Shown in pieces: positions 24,758 through 37,768 of a stretch of 64,000 bases of DNA. The notes beneath the pieces were generated by a model, which saw only the letters and a list, made by a program, of their open reading frames with translations, made no database searches and was not told the DNA's origin. Made by a program: the position numbers and the translations under genes. Within the stretch, counting starts at the first letter, position 1. Every line of letters starts with the position of its first letter. The stretch comes from Anthoceros angustus (lineage: Eukaryota; Plantae; Anthocerotophyta), in NCBI GenBank assembly GCA_010909165.1, contig MU008175.1:248001-312000 (forward strand), given 5' to 3'.

Positions 24758-24969
24758 GACCGAGGGTCTAGGGATTGCACACTAAGTGCAATCTGGACAA
24801 AAATGGGCTTATTGGCTAACTCCGCCTTATCCCTGCTAAGAAGTGACAACCCAAGAAAACGAATCCAGCCCAAAACAAGCCGCCGGGGTCATGAACACCG
24901 GATTGGCACTCCACAATATGGTTATGAAGTCTTCTAGGGCCGCTTCATATATGATCTCAGACTGATCAT

Positions 24970-25480
24970 ATGATTGATCTTTGATCAGACATATAAAGCC
25001 GACACAATATTTTTTGGAGGCCCGTTACAGCCATGGATGAGGGGGCGGGGCGAGCATACTAGTATCCTAGCAACCAAGACCGGCCCTGTTTTGATGGAAC
25101 TCGACCAGATCATGGAATTCAAGGGGCGTTGTTTTGCTTGTAATGAGTGGGGACATTGGGCGAGCGTGTGTACTTACTGACAGCAAGAGCGAGGGAATCA
25201 GGGGAGGAGGAACAATCCAACAGGACCAATAAGGCGGGCTTAGATTCACGAAATTAAAGCCGCTCCATCTTCAAGAGCCAGGAAGCTAAAAAGCAAAGTT
25301 GTTACGGGGGGATCGCAGTGAAAGGGAATGAGAAAGCTAGCCTTCAATGCATCCACAATCTCCTCAAATTCAGAGGGATGATCAATGGAAGCCCCTATGT
25401 ACAGTTTTGGTCGACTCCGGGGCGAGCTGTAACTTCATGGCTACCCATTTTGGGAAGCGACACAATCTGGGTACGAGGAT
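24970..25480 (+). mobile_element. Ty3/gypsy gag zinc knuckle-aspartic protease remnant
   Basis: GPVLMELD...CFACNEWGHWASVC, then KFRGMING and LVDSGASCNFM in shifted frames. Confidence 0.8.
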
Positions 25481-26627
25481 GATGTTGGGATATGTCTAGT
25501 ATGCCAACGGCCAATAGTCCCCCAAACCATGTATGCATGCTACTCTTTGTGCTTTGCTACGAGCGTCGAGAGGGGGACCCCACAAGAATTGAAAAATTAG
25601 TGCTTTCCTGATCCGCTTCAGTGGGAGCCCATGTAAATACATAATACCATAAGGTAGACGACGACGGCAGGTGACGCTTCTTCCTCATCCTCTGTAGTTT
25701 GCAGGCCGTTTGTTCTTCCTGCGTATGATGTTCTAGGAGCAATAGGTAACTTTAGGTAAGGAGCTTAGTCGCTACTTTTCACCTTGACCCCATGGGTCCA
25801 CCTTCGTTGTCCCCTGGATGAGTTTTTCCCCATCGTTTTTTCCCTCAATAAAATATAATTTCTCTATCTTAAGGTAGATGTAAGTATATGATTAATAGCA
25901 ATAACCCAATCGCGAGCTGGGTAGATAGTGGAAGGATCTCCAATATGGATCTAGCCTTACGAATAAATTTACAAATAATATATCTACCAATCTCCCCATT
26001 TTCATCCCCTCCTAGCCTTACGAATAGGTAAATTTAGAAATAACATATCTGCCGATCTCCCCATTTTCATCCCCTCGTGAAAGGGGATGCCTAAGTATTA
26101 GTGGAATTGTGTTCCCGCCTAGTTGGCCCCTTATCGGTTCTTGGTACGACACAATGAGAGGCAAATGCGAGGTGAGGCAGCTTTCGGGCGGGTGACAGGT
26201 GGATCGCGCAAGCCGGAGCTGTTGCGTGAGATCGCCATCCGACATTCTCCCTGCAGTTTGACAATTTTGGGCAAGCTGTTAGGATGGCGATGGAGCCTCA
26301 TGGACTTGTTGCTTCTTTGTGGGCTGTAGCAGGCCCTCATCGTTCTGAAATCCTGAGCAGCAGTTGGCCAGCCAATGTCTTGCGTCATGTCCCAGCAAAT
26401 CCTTCTGTCAACCCAGCTCCCAGTTAAGCGCAATTCCCACCTCCACGTTTCCTTATGACGATAAGCTGAGCTGTGCCGAATTTGACTCACAGGATCGATT
26501 CATTGCAGAGGGATGACTTAAAGGAATGTGACACAGTAACTGGATAGCCATTGCCTTGCCTGGTTAGAATGTGGAGAGGGACAGTGCACAAAGACTGAAG
26601 GGATCACAGTGACAAACACTTTGTGGA

Positions 26628-28689
26628 ATGGGTAATTGCTTTAGACGGCTAGAAGATGTACATTCGGATGAAAAGATTTCACGGCCTCAAGGAGGGGCCG
26701 GAATGCACCAGGCGGGATCTTTAGGGGCCCATGGAGTGACTCTGGAGACTGTAGGCTTCGCAGCCTTTGCCAGGGATCTTTTCCACTTTGAAGCGACTGG
26801 CGCGGTGTTGCTTCCTATCCTCTAGTTTCTGACTGACAGTAGTAGTAAGGTTGTCCGAATTGAGTGAGGCACAGTTCCCCACGATTTGGTCCACAAAATG
26901 CAACAATTCCATGACTCCTGCATTGTGTTCCAGCAGTTTGTGGATGTGCTTTCAAGTAGAGCAGGATGTTGAAGCTCTTTAGTTCTCTGACCCCCTCACC
27001 CGTTGTGGTCCCTGATTGCAGGTGCCTGAGGGCCTGGGTCAGCATGTTAGAGTAAGCAAGAATGCTCAAGCTCTCTGGTAATGAGCTAGTCTGTGGGTAT
27101 CATCCTCATTCCAAGATCTTGGTTGCAGCAGTTTTACTGAACATTGCAGACCTTGCAGGTATGGAAAGCTACTGGTGGCCTGGAGGTCTTCCAAACCACC
27201 CCCCAGTAATTCGGCAGAAGCGTCACGTCTTATTCTACAAACTTTGCAAGGTCATCGCCGAGCTGATTTGCAGGTATTTTGCAAGGCTAGAGTGCAACCT
27301 TCACACATGTGGTGATCTCGGCTGCTGTTGCATAGGCATAGTTTGGGTTGTCTGAAGTTGTGAGTGCCTGTCTGGCCTGGCAGAGACTGCTGGCGTACTA
27401 TGCTCTTCCGCCTTACTCTCCACCACCTCTGGAACCACCTGCCCCGACCCTGGTGGTGCCTGCACCAGCTCCCTCCTTGCCCTCCTTCATTGCTCCCAGA
27501 CAGCTGCCGCCTGGAGTGAAGTATGAGCTCATCACTCTACCGGTGAGATAGAGGCTTTGGGCTTTATGCTTGTGTGATCATCAGGCTGTAAAGATACACC
27601 ACCGCTTACATCTGAGCCTAATCCCAAGTCCCCATTCTGTGCAGATTGACAGCACCCAAATTACAGATGGCGACACCCTGACTGTCTATGTCGAAGCAAG
27701 GAACGATGTCGCCAGTGGAGCAGTCCCAAACAACGTTCTCCAGGCAGTGGCTGCAAGGCGAACAGCACAGATGCAAAATGACCTCCAGACACTGAAAGCC
27801 ACCCAAAAGCAAATACAACAAGCAGGCTACAAGTCGGTTTCCTCACCCCTTTCCCGCCGTGGTAGTCTTCCTGCTTGGCCGCTGAACAGCAGAAACACAT
27901 CATACATCATCCTTTATCTGATCCTGCGGTCGCTGATGTCATGGTTTGGTCCGAGACAGGGTGTTTGACTCCACAGCCGGCCAAGCTGAGGTTCTGGCTC
28001 ACAAGTACCGAGTTAGACTCAGGTGATCATCCTGCATGACATGTGTATGCCTGTGTCATGCCTAATGCGTGGGATTCATTTCACAGTGTTGCTGGCATGC
28101 AGGGGAGTGGACGCTCCTGAGAAGACCATGCCTTTTGGGCAGCAATCAAAGCAGTATTTTTCCGGTCTTGTAGAAGGGAAATCACTGGAAGTCTTTGTGT
28201 ACAACACAGACCAATACGGCCGAGTTGTTGCAGATGTGTACGCCAACAACATGCTCCTGCAGGTACGACACTGTGTCATCCAGGTTGGTGCAGACGGACA
28301 GCGACTGGCCAGTGAACTCACCCTTCGATGCCCGCAGGAAGCTCTGCTGCGAAATGGGTGCGTGTGGCACTATGCCGCCTATGACAAACGACCTGAATTT
28401 TCCCAGGTAAGGTCCTGGTGATGTTACATGTGGAGGCATGACCTTTCGTGCGACATATCCATGAGCTTGCGGGATCACGAGGCCGAGACCTTCTTTTCAG
28501 TTACTTTAGTGTTCAGGAACTCAGCACCCTCCAACAGGACCCGAGAACAAACAACTTTTGTGGGCATTTGTGCATGTGCAGTGGGAGCAGGAAGCCAGGC
28601 GGTCGGGTGTGGGATTATGGTCCTTCCCGGATCCTCAGGCACCCTGGGAGTATCGGAAGCAAATCAAGGCCAAGAGCAGAGCCGGGTGA
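26628..28689 (+). CDS. CAN: Ca2+-dependent staphylococcal (SNase/ParB-like) nuclease, multi-exon
   Basis: MGNC N-terminus (acylation motif), SLGAHGV...ARDLFHFE / VPEGLGQHV / DGDTLTVYV / KYRVRLRGVDAPE / DQYGRVVADVY / WHYAAYDKRPE / WEQEAR...GLW...PWEYRK, as in plant CAN1/CAN2. Confidence 0.93.
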
Positions 28690-29700
28690 TGGGACCAGCA
28701 GCAGCATCGGGGAGGCAAGCACGCGCTCGTCCGAACACGTCAAGCCGTGCCAGGTCTTTGACGCATAGACCAGGGCGGTCAGACTCACCAGGTTGGTGAA
28801 CGCTCATCACCTACCTAGCCTCCTGCAAACACCAGGTCTTGTAATTTCTTCTTCGTGTGTACAAGCTTCAAGGGTGGTGAACCCCGCGGAGCCTATTAAA
28901 CGGCCTGATTTTCCTCGACGGCCCAACTTGACTCCCCCCAAGGTGGGACGAGATGGAAGTATCATTAAAATTTTATTCATTGGAAGGAAAAAAATAAAAA
29001 TTCACAGGGTCCAGCCTCAGGATTTGGATCAGGTGTATCAGCAAACAGTTTGTATGGCTCGCGGCCCATCATCACTACCTAGTACCTTCGTATCCAAATG
29101 GACACACAGTTATAACAACACCAGCATTGAATCGGGCTAACTTGACTTCACTGGACTAAGGCATCGATTCTCCACGCTTGGATGGTTCCGTGTACGCTCC
29201 TTCTGGTCCCAGACATCCCTTCAAGGCCTGTATCCACACCGGGCCTTGTCCATATGATGATGGATGCCTTCCAAGCAAATTTTTTAAACTTGGCTAAAGA
29301 CCTGTTCTTGTCCACGAGATGAAGGATTCCTCCCAAGTGATGCTTGAGAGCAACGTTCCTACGCGAAGCTCCACCGGAGTGGGGATTGAAGAAAAAAGAA
29401 ATGTATTTCGGTGGCTGGTTCTGCTAAGTAGGCGGTGAGGGGATTTTCGTGAGCATGGGACACGGAAGGCTGAGTCCCGCTGGAGGCTGGACTCCTGGAC
29501 TCCTGGACTCCAGGCTGGAGGCTGGAGGCTGGAAGCTGGGGTCGCTGTCGCTGAAGTATTTGACTGCAGGAGACAGTGGTCGGAGCGAAAACCAACGGGA
29601 AGTGCCAGGAAATGTTAGGGCAAGAGTGAAAGGTGGGTGGTTTGGCGTTTCGCCCAATATTAGACAAAGCCGATGGCTGGCATCTACCGGTGACCAGGCG

Positions 29701-29708
29701 TATATAAA
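29701..29708 (+). promoter_or_regulatory. Candidate TATA box of the diterpene synthase gene
   Basis: TATATAAA ~470 bp upstream of the ATG at 30177, in GC-rich context. Confidence 0.45.
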
Positions 29709-29940
29709 GGCGAGGATCCTTGCGGCAGACAAGTCCAGCAGCACCAGAGCGCACATCCCAGCTTCACGCTCTGGAGCATCCACCGCAGGTCCGACATAGG
29801 AAAAGCTGCCCATTCGTGCAGGAGCTGCGGAAAAATTTTCACTCATTGCCAGCCTCACAGCCGCGCTCCTCCCGCGGCCTCTGGTCCCTCGGCGGCGTGT
29901 GGATCGATCTGTGCCAGCTTCCAGCTACTCCAAGGGAAGC

Positions 29941-30156
29941 GAGGGGAAGAGAGGCGAGGAGAAGAGAGAAGGAGAGAGAGGAGAAGAGGAGAGAAGAGAG
30001 GATAGGAGAGGATAAGAGAGGATAAGAGAGGAGAAGAGAGGAGAAGAGGAGAGAAGAGAGGATAGGAGAGGATAAGAGAGGATAAGAGAGGAGAAGAGAG
30101 GAGAAGAGGGGGAGAAGAGGGGGAGAAGAGGGGAGAAGAGAGGAGAAGAGAAGAGA
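29941..30156 (+). repeat. Near-pure purine (GA) tract with 10-mer substructure GAGAGGA(T/G)AA
   Basis: About 215 nt of almost only G/A immediately upstream of the CPS start codon. Confidence 0.95.
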
Positions 30157-30176
30157 CCAGAAGCTCGACTGTCCCA

Positions 30177-33100
30177 ATGGCAGCAGCTCAGGTTTCAGGA
30201 CTCCTGACCCCATATGCTCAGCGCTCGCTGCCCTCCCACAGCGGGTTGCGGAAGCTCAGCTTCCACCGCGGGAGCCGCGTCGCACTGGACGAGCCACGTC
30301 GTGTGCTTCTTGCAGCCGTGGCAGCAGAGCTAGGTACGTCCGTGTTTAATTTCTGTGCTGTTGACGCCTCGCCCGGCTGCGATATCGATGCTCTGCCTGC
30401 GAACCCATTGCGGATTTGCAACTGACATCGCATTCGGCAGGTGACGAATCTCTCGCCAAGCGCTTCAAGCTGCAGGCCGCTCCGGGGACGTCAGGTAAGG
30501 GGTGGAGGGCTCCCGAGCTGCTGCCGAGTCGTCACGTTCTTGGATTCGTCGTCGCTCTCGGAAGGATGCACGGCTTACCCGTAATTGTGGTGTTGTGCGT
30601 GTGGCAGCATCTTCTCTGCTGGACTCCAAGGCCCAGGACTTGGCATCCCGATCGGGGTGGGCCATCGACGATACGGAGGCATTGCAGGATTCCTTGGCCT
30701 CCCTTGCCCTAGTGACCGAATCGGGTCCCACGCCCCAGTTTCTGGAGGAATGCATCTCCGCGGTCCGCAACATGTTCAGGAGCATGGGGGACGGGCAGAT
30801 ATCCGTCAGCGCCTACGACACAGCCTGGGTGGCTCTGGTGCCGGCCTTGGACGGGTCCGGGAAGCCGCAGTTCCCCAGGTCTCTGGAGTGGATCGTGAAG
30901 AACCAGTTCGCCGACGGGTCCTGGGGGGAGGCCGATCTCTTCTCTGCTTACGATCGCGTCGTGAACACGGTGGCCTGCGTGGTGGCGCTCAAGACCTGGA
31001 ACATCGGTGCTCTCAACGTCACAAGAGGTAAACAACTGGCAGTACAAGTACAGGAACTTAATCCATAGGACGCAACACACAGCGTCATTGTTTTATTGTA
31101 TTCTTCACCCGATTTCTGTTGTCTGTGAAATCAACCCAGGCTGTGAATTCATCACACACAACATTCACAAGATGGCCGACGAGCCAGAGGATCACATGCC
31201 CATCGGATTCGAAATTGTCTTTCCCGCCATGATGGAGGACGCCAGGAAGCTGGGGCTGGACCTTCCCTACGATCACCCGATCACACACAAAATCCTGGTG
31301 GAAAGAGAGCGCAAGCTTAAGAAGTGAGTCCATGATTTGCTTCTTTTCAGCACTTGAAGTTTCCTCCACCCGCCAAGTGTGCAGAAGCGAAACGCGGAGG
31401 CATCACAATGTATACGATTTGTTGATGTTGATCAGGATCCCGATGGAGGTTGTGCACAAATATCCCAGCACTTTGCTGCACTCGCTGGAGGGCCTCCGCG
31501 ACCTGGTGGATTGGAACCGACTCCTGAAGCTCCAATCCAAGGATGGCTCCTTCCTGGCCTCCCCCGCGTCCACCGCCTGCGCGCTCATGTACACTGGGGA
31601 CCAGAAGTGTCTCCAATACCTCAACAACGTGCTGGAGCAATTCGACAACGCAGGTGATTCTTCATTAATCACCAGAAACCATGTGCAGGACTATCTACGG
31701 TGACCATCAACTGGGTTGCGAGCATGCAGATGGCGCGTCGTCGATCCACTCACGGGCTCCCTGTGTTGGCTGTGTGTGCGCAGTTCCCAACGTGTACCCG
31801 GTGGACTTGTTCGAGCACATGTGGATCGTGGACAGGCTTCAGCGTCTGGGCATCGCACACTACTTTCAGAAGGAGATCAGAGTGTGCCTGGACTACGTGT
31901 ACCAGAACTGGGCACCCAACGGCATCGCTTGGGCCCGGGAGGCTGTGATTAGCGACGTGGATGACACGGCCATGGGCTTCCGTCTCCTGCGCCAACACGG
32001 ATACGACGTATCGCCGGACGTTTTCCTGCCCTTCTACAAGGACCATGAGTTTTTCTGCTTTGCCGGCCAGAGCGGGCAAGCCGTCACGGGCATGTTCAAT
32101 CTGCACCGAGCGTCGCAGACGCTGTTGCCTGGAGAGTCTCTCCTGCAGTCGGCTCGGGGCTTCACTCGCAGCTTCCTTGAGGAGAAATGGAGGGCCAACG
32201 ACATCTCCGACAAGTGGATCATCACCAAGGACCTTCCAGGGGAGGTGGAGTATGCTTTGACGTATCCCTTCTATGCCAGCTTGCCCCGTGTTGAGACCCG
32301 AGCTTACCTTGATCACTACGGGAGCGATGATATTTGGATCGGCAAGTCCTTGTACAAGTAAGTGAATTTACTCTTGCATCATTGTGGACAGCATGCCAAA
32401 TTCGTGAGGCTGGACGAACTCGAGTGCTGACGATGTTGGATTTGGCATGCATCAGGATGCCTTATGTCCACAATGAGACGTTCCTGGCCCTTGCCAAGGC
32501 CGATTACCAGTTGCGGCAGCAGCAGTACCGGGAGGAGCTTGAGCAACTTTTCAGGTGCTGGCAAGCATATGAGAACCTGAAATCGTGAAGGTAGTAAGAG
32601 TCGTTCATTGTTCCTGATGAATTCCCCCTTTCTCTCGTTGCATGCAGCTGGAGCTTGGAGCACGATTTTGAGAAGGTTTCTGTCTCGAGGGAAAAGGTGG
32701 TGGAGCTTTTCTTCTCTGCGGCTGCTAACATCTATGAGCCTCAGCTGAGCAGCGCCCGTAGAGTGTGGGCTCAGAGTGGAGTACTCACCAGCATCCTGGA
32801 CGATTACTTCCACACAAACACTACTGGCATTGAGGAGCTCCAGCGATTCCAAGCAGCTGTGGACAGGTACAGCCTGGTCAAGGAATTTTCCGTTTGCGAG
32901 GTGATGGAAAGGTGATAGCACTGTTGAGAGTCTGACTTGTCTTGTTGCCTCGGACGTATTGTGCTCAGCTGGGATCCATCCCTCATCGACAGCGGAAACC
33001 AGAGACAAAGCATCATATTCAAGGGTCTGTACACAAGTATCAATGCCATGGCAGCCGAAGCATTTGTGACACAGGGCCGGGACATCACACAGCATCTGAT

Positions 33101-33897
33101 TGGCCCTGTAAGACCCTTACACTTGCAAACTTGCATGTCCACATTTTTTTTCTCGAGTCGGAGATTTAGCTACGATCACTCAAATTGTCAAATGCTCATG
33201 GTACGTCTTCTTGGGCGACTTTGGTTTCAGTACAAAAGCTGGATTCAGGCATCCCTGCTGGAGTTGGAGTGGGCAGAAGCTGGAAGAGTTCCCCAATGGC
33301 CGGAATACATGACAAATGCTGAGTCGGCAATCGGTCTGGCACGTGTTATGCTGCCAGCCATGTTTTTTGTGGGTGACGAGTTAAGCGATGACGTATTGGA
33401 AGGAGACGAGTTCAAGGCGCTGACGCAGAATGTGGACGCTGTTGGCCGCCTGCTTCAAGACATCCGTGCCTACAAACAGGTTTGTGACCAACCACACTTT
33501 CTGCTCTCGGAATTACAGTTCTTTCCAAGGCTAGTGGATGCAGGCCTGCTCCCTGCAATCTTGGGTCATGAGCTGAACGCTGATGAGGATTCTGCATGTG
33601 CAGGGCGAGCCGACCGTGGCACAGAGGGGCAACAGCGTTGCCATCCACATGAGCAATCATCCTGAAAAGACAGAAGACGAGGTGGTCGAGTACCTTCGCA
33701 ACACAATAGATGCAAACATGCAGGAGCTGACATACGCAACCACAACGAGCCAACGGTCAAACGGTCCTCATGCTTACAAGAAGCTCTTTTTCCACATGGC
33801 CAGGCTCATGCACTTCTTCTACAGGGATGACGCTGGCTTCACACCCCTCCCACCCATGGAGCATGCCAAGAGACTGCTCTTTACCCTTCTATCTTAG
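30177..33897 (+). CDS. CPS: Three-domain diterpene synthase, predicted monofunctional class II ent-copalyl diphosphate synthase with plastid transit peptide
   Basis: SAYDTAWVA, QFADGSWG, STLLHSLEG, VPNVYPVDLFEH and an intact DVDD (31954-31965). Class I motifs are altered: DDYFH (32799-32813) and QDIRAYKQG (33456-). The 5' exon model is less certain. Confidence 0.9.
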
Positions 33898-35033
33898 AGA
33901 GGTGTGCCTGCTCTTGAACCCCTAGACATTTGTACACACATTTAGTGTAGGTAGAAGTCCCTTGAAGGATTGGACAACGAGCTAGCTGCATAGTTGGAAT
34001 CTCGGCACCAAGCACCGGCCCTGCATCCCCCTCCGTGTACGTAGAACCATGCTATCCATGCTCCAGATTTTTTAAGGGAGATCATTGAAATCTTCTCCAT
34101 CATGTATCCGTCCACGGCAAGTGGTGTGAAGCAGTAAATGATTGAAACTGCCCACCTGCAATTGCAGTTTCGTGGATGAAACAACAGGCTTATCAGGCTC
34201 AAGCTCTCTATGATCCAGCTTAAGACAAGCTAGGGATTGAAGATGTGTGGGAAGTTGTGGTGTGATGCACTTTTGTGATGTGAATCAGATGGTTTTTCTT
34301 CTGCCCGCCAGCGAGGGCGAGCTATGCGATGTCACCACGTTACCGCAAGGGTGGTGGCCATGGCAACCTTTCACAATGGAGGCATCAACACAAGAGTAGG
34401 TTCAGCATCAGTATGTAGCAGAAAACAATAGGCATGTTGTAAACCGATAGACTGTTAGAATGCATGGATGGCGGAGCACAAGCCAGGCGGTGAGGAGGAA
34501 TAAAAGTAGGTCGGAAATGGAGGCGGTGAAGGCGGGAGGCAGACAGGGTTTGGAATGGAGTGTATCTTGGGCCAGTCAGCATCGAGCAGTGGGCGCCCGT
34601 GCGTCCTGAGCCTGAACCTTACTGGCCCTTTACCCTTGAAAAGCCTTTGAATGGTCTTCACATGAACTGCCCGGGGCTGCACCTCCCGCTCTTCCTCTGC
34701 CCTGGTCCTTGCCTTCTATTGGCTCCCGTTTTCCCTCTCCTCTGTTACCCTCTTTTTTCCTGTTTCCCGCTTCTGCTGTGCGTCCAGCAGCGTCTCCGCG
34801 GCAGTGGCACTGGCGGTGTGTGATCACCGCCCGCACGGCATTGCCCCTGCCTTGCCCCGCACCGCATTGCTATGGAGATGGCCGCGGCGGCAGGAGTTTG
34901 ATGGACGCGGCAGCCGCAGGGAGCGCGGTGTGAAAGGATGCTAGGTTGGCTGCTCTGATCACAGCATAGGACAGGACACGCATCCTCCCTCCCTCCCTTC
35001 CTCCCCGGTGGGCCTGCCTGCCTGCCTGCAACC

Positions 35034-36527
35034 ATGACATGGGGAAGGTCGGGATCGGAAGCAGGCCTGCACTGGAGGAAGGTGCCTCCCATGAAGGTCT
35101 CCACCGAGTATGACAGTGAAAACAACGTGTTTGTGAACAAGATCTCGGCGCAGGTGTTCAACGGGCTCGCTAAGCTTAAGGCTTCCTTCCAGCGGGAGCC
35201 GTCGGGGGACTTCCGCTACCCGCTTCTTGGAGTTGTGACCAAGTACTTGTCGGTGCTCTACGATCACGAGGACAGGAACGCGCTCGTGACTGTGACTGCG
35301 CAAACCGGCCGCAACCTGCGTTTCCAGTACATGAGGGACGTGAAGGTAAGTGCTTCTCAAGATTTGTTTTTCTGCTCAAACCCTGGGATCCTACCACGGG
35401 TTATGGATGTGTGGATCTTGTGCATTTCGGCTCACTCTCTTGCATTTTGATTTCCTCCTCCCAGGCGCAGCAGGGAGAATTGAAAATGTTCGCTAACTCG
35501 GCCGATCTCAAGTACAAATCGGAAATTTCGTGTGACATCCCACCAGCTGGATTGGTGAGCAAGTCTTCACATCTTGTCTTCGTGCGGCCCTGTTTCTATT
35601 CGCCATGATGCGTTGCTCATGGCTCGGTCCCATTTTTGTGTGGCCAGCCTAAAGCGGTCCTCTCTTTTCCGAACGGGGAGATCAAGATCGAGGATGATCT
35701 GTCCAAGGAGGAGAGTGACAAGGCCCTCTCTATCAGTGGCTTTGTGGGAGGCTCAGCACTGAATGGCCTCCTTGTAGCTGAGTATAGAGAGGAGAATCTC
35801 AACTTCAAGTACACCTTCAAGGTGCGTTGGTGAATTTGGAACATAATATAGAACCCCGTCGGTCCGTCTCGTCCGACACCTTTTATCATTTGTCACGGCT
35901 GTCCGGACAACTTACCTTGGTTTCGTTTTCGCAGGATGATGAGATGACTCTTACACCCCAAGTTTCATGGCCATCGAAAACCCTGTCCGTTGCTTTCAAG
36001 AGACAGTTCACTCGAGCAAATAAGCTGAGGTGAGTCGGAAGGAGGCTTACATGTTTGTGTTGGAAGGAGGTATACTGCATTTGCGTCGGATGGCCACACA
36101 TCATCATGACGGGTTTCGGATGTACACGCATCATCATGGTGGGTCTCACGTTCTACTTTTTTTTTGGCTCAGCTATGTCTACAATTTTGATAGCACGGCT
36201 TGGAGCGCCGTCTTGAAACATAAACCGAACGAGGATTTTAAAGTGAAACTGGGCTATGATTCCGAAGTCCGGCTTTGTTGGGGGTCTCTATGGGTAAGCA
36301 TTGATCCCGGCTTCCTAAAATTAAGGTGGTCCTCTGCAAACTTTTTGTTGTTAGCATATGGCTGACTTGTACTATTGGATTGATGCGTACATCAGATTGG
36401 TAAAGAGGACTTTGGTGCAAAACAAGCTCCAAGGAAGTGCAAGCTTCAGTTGATGGTTCAAGTGCCACAGGATAATGTGAAAGAAGCCATAGTGCTTTTC
36501 AGATTAAAGAAGAGATGGGACATCTAA
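35034..36527 (+). CDS. OEP37: Chloroplast outer envelope pore protein 37, multi-exon
   Basis: KVSTEYDSENNVFVNKIS...LAKLKASFQ, AQQGE, SVAFKRQF, YNFDSTAWSAV, GYDSEVRLCWGSLW and C-terminal LFRLKKRWDI. Start codon uncertain. Confidence 0.9.
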
Positions 36528-37261
36528 GATTTCTCTTGGGAGGTTCTTCATTCTTCGGTGGAACGTGGGTGGAAATTATCATTTTTATTGAGACTCTCTG
36601 CAGTCTGACAATTCTCAGAAAAGCAGAAGAAATGTTCCTCGCAAGATAAGCTGTTGATGCAGATGGGTCACGATACTGCCTGCAGGAGACCTGACTTGCT
36701 TGATTCATTTGTGGCAGTCTGGCTGCAGATTTAGCATTCTTTAGTTGGAAACCTTGCCCGGATAGCGATCCCGATTTTGATGGGTGATAGCGAGACTGCC
36801 ATGTATATCATGTATTTTTACTTAACCAATCAACTAATTGATACATGGAACAGGAAGATATCAATGTGGGTTGCGGGCAAAGTTCTAAGTTCTCACTTTT
36901 GGCCTCGCCACCTGTCCTTATGTGAACGTGTGCTTCACACTAGCGTACATCGCTACTCTTTATGTACATACATACAGGAAAGGGGTTTGCATCATACCAG
37001 ATGCCGTTCTTGAATCTTGAAAGGCACAATGACTGAGAAACGGTGGCCTGTCTCCTGCTGTGAGAAACTCCTGCATAAAAACTCCTTCAGGTGGTTAGGG
37101 GTGCTTGTTCTTGGTAGGAGTTCTAGTTCCGCACTTGCTGGTGGCTTTGCCTTCCGTCTTGGATGTCGTCTCGCGGGCGTTGGAGGGTGAGGGCACCGGA
37201 GAGCAGAGCAAGTGCACGTGAAAACGAGGACAGAAGAACCACCTGGAGAGGAAGCAGTAGG

Positions 37262-37768
37262 ATGGCAGCAGTGCCGTGCCGGCTATCCTATGAGAAAAAG
37301 AGTGAGTGGAAAGGGTACGACGAAAGCAGGGCATCGTCCTCAGCTGCGAGTCTCCGCAATTGGTCTTCCAAGTTGGAGCCTGTGGTTTCCAACGTCCGTC
37401 AGTCTGTGGAGGCCGAGCATCGACGTGCTGCGGAGGAGAAAGAGAAATGCAAGGCTTTCCTCAACCGTTGGGAGGAGAGGCTGGATAATCAGGACCGGAC
37501 TGGCATGATGTCGCGCATCCAACTACTAGATAAGGAGCTGGAAATTCGGACTCAGCAGATAGAGGAAGACCAGCGCAGGATAATGCTGCAAATTGAACGG
37601 CTTGAACAGATTTACAAAGACCTCGACGTCCCGCTTGAGGAGTTGGTACTGCCTCCAGGAGTGACGGACGCGGAAACGCGAGAGCAATTCAGAGCTCTGT
37701 TAGCCAAAAATGACAGTGTGCTGCCCAATCGAGATCATAAAGCCGCTCACCAAATCGCTCTGCCCTAG
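37262..37768 (+). CDS. Hypothetical intronless coiled-coil protein (168 aa; up to 201 aa from ATG 37163)
   Basis: Long open frame with an E/K/R/Q-rich helical composition in a genic region; no family recognised. Confidence 0.5.
   Translation: MAAVPCRLSYEKKSEWKGYDESRASSSAASLRNWSSKLEPVVSNVRQSVEAEHRRAAEEKEKCKAFLNRWEERLDNQDRTGMMSRIQLLDKELEIRTQQIEEDQRRIMLQIERLEQIYKDLDVPLEELVLPPGVTDAETREQFRALLAKNDSVLPNRDHKAAHQIALP

Noticed and set aside
25951-26076. 61/65-bp tandem duplication upstream of the nuclease gene
   Set aside because: Real but an ordinary two-copy local duplication with no further structure.
33942-34940. Possible small minus-strand gene between CPS and OEP37 (WAVSIIYCFTPLAV... ORF)
   Set aside because: No recognisable family and no consistent splice model could be built; left unresolved.
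26600-36600. Diterpenoid biosynthetic gene cluster around CPS
   Set aside because: Neighbours are a nuclease and OEP37; no class I synthase, P450, dioxygenase or reductase is present in the window.
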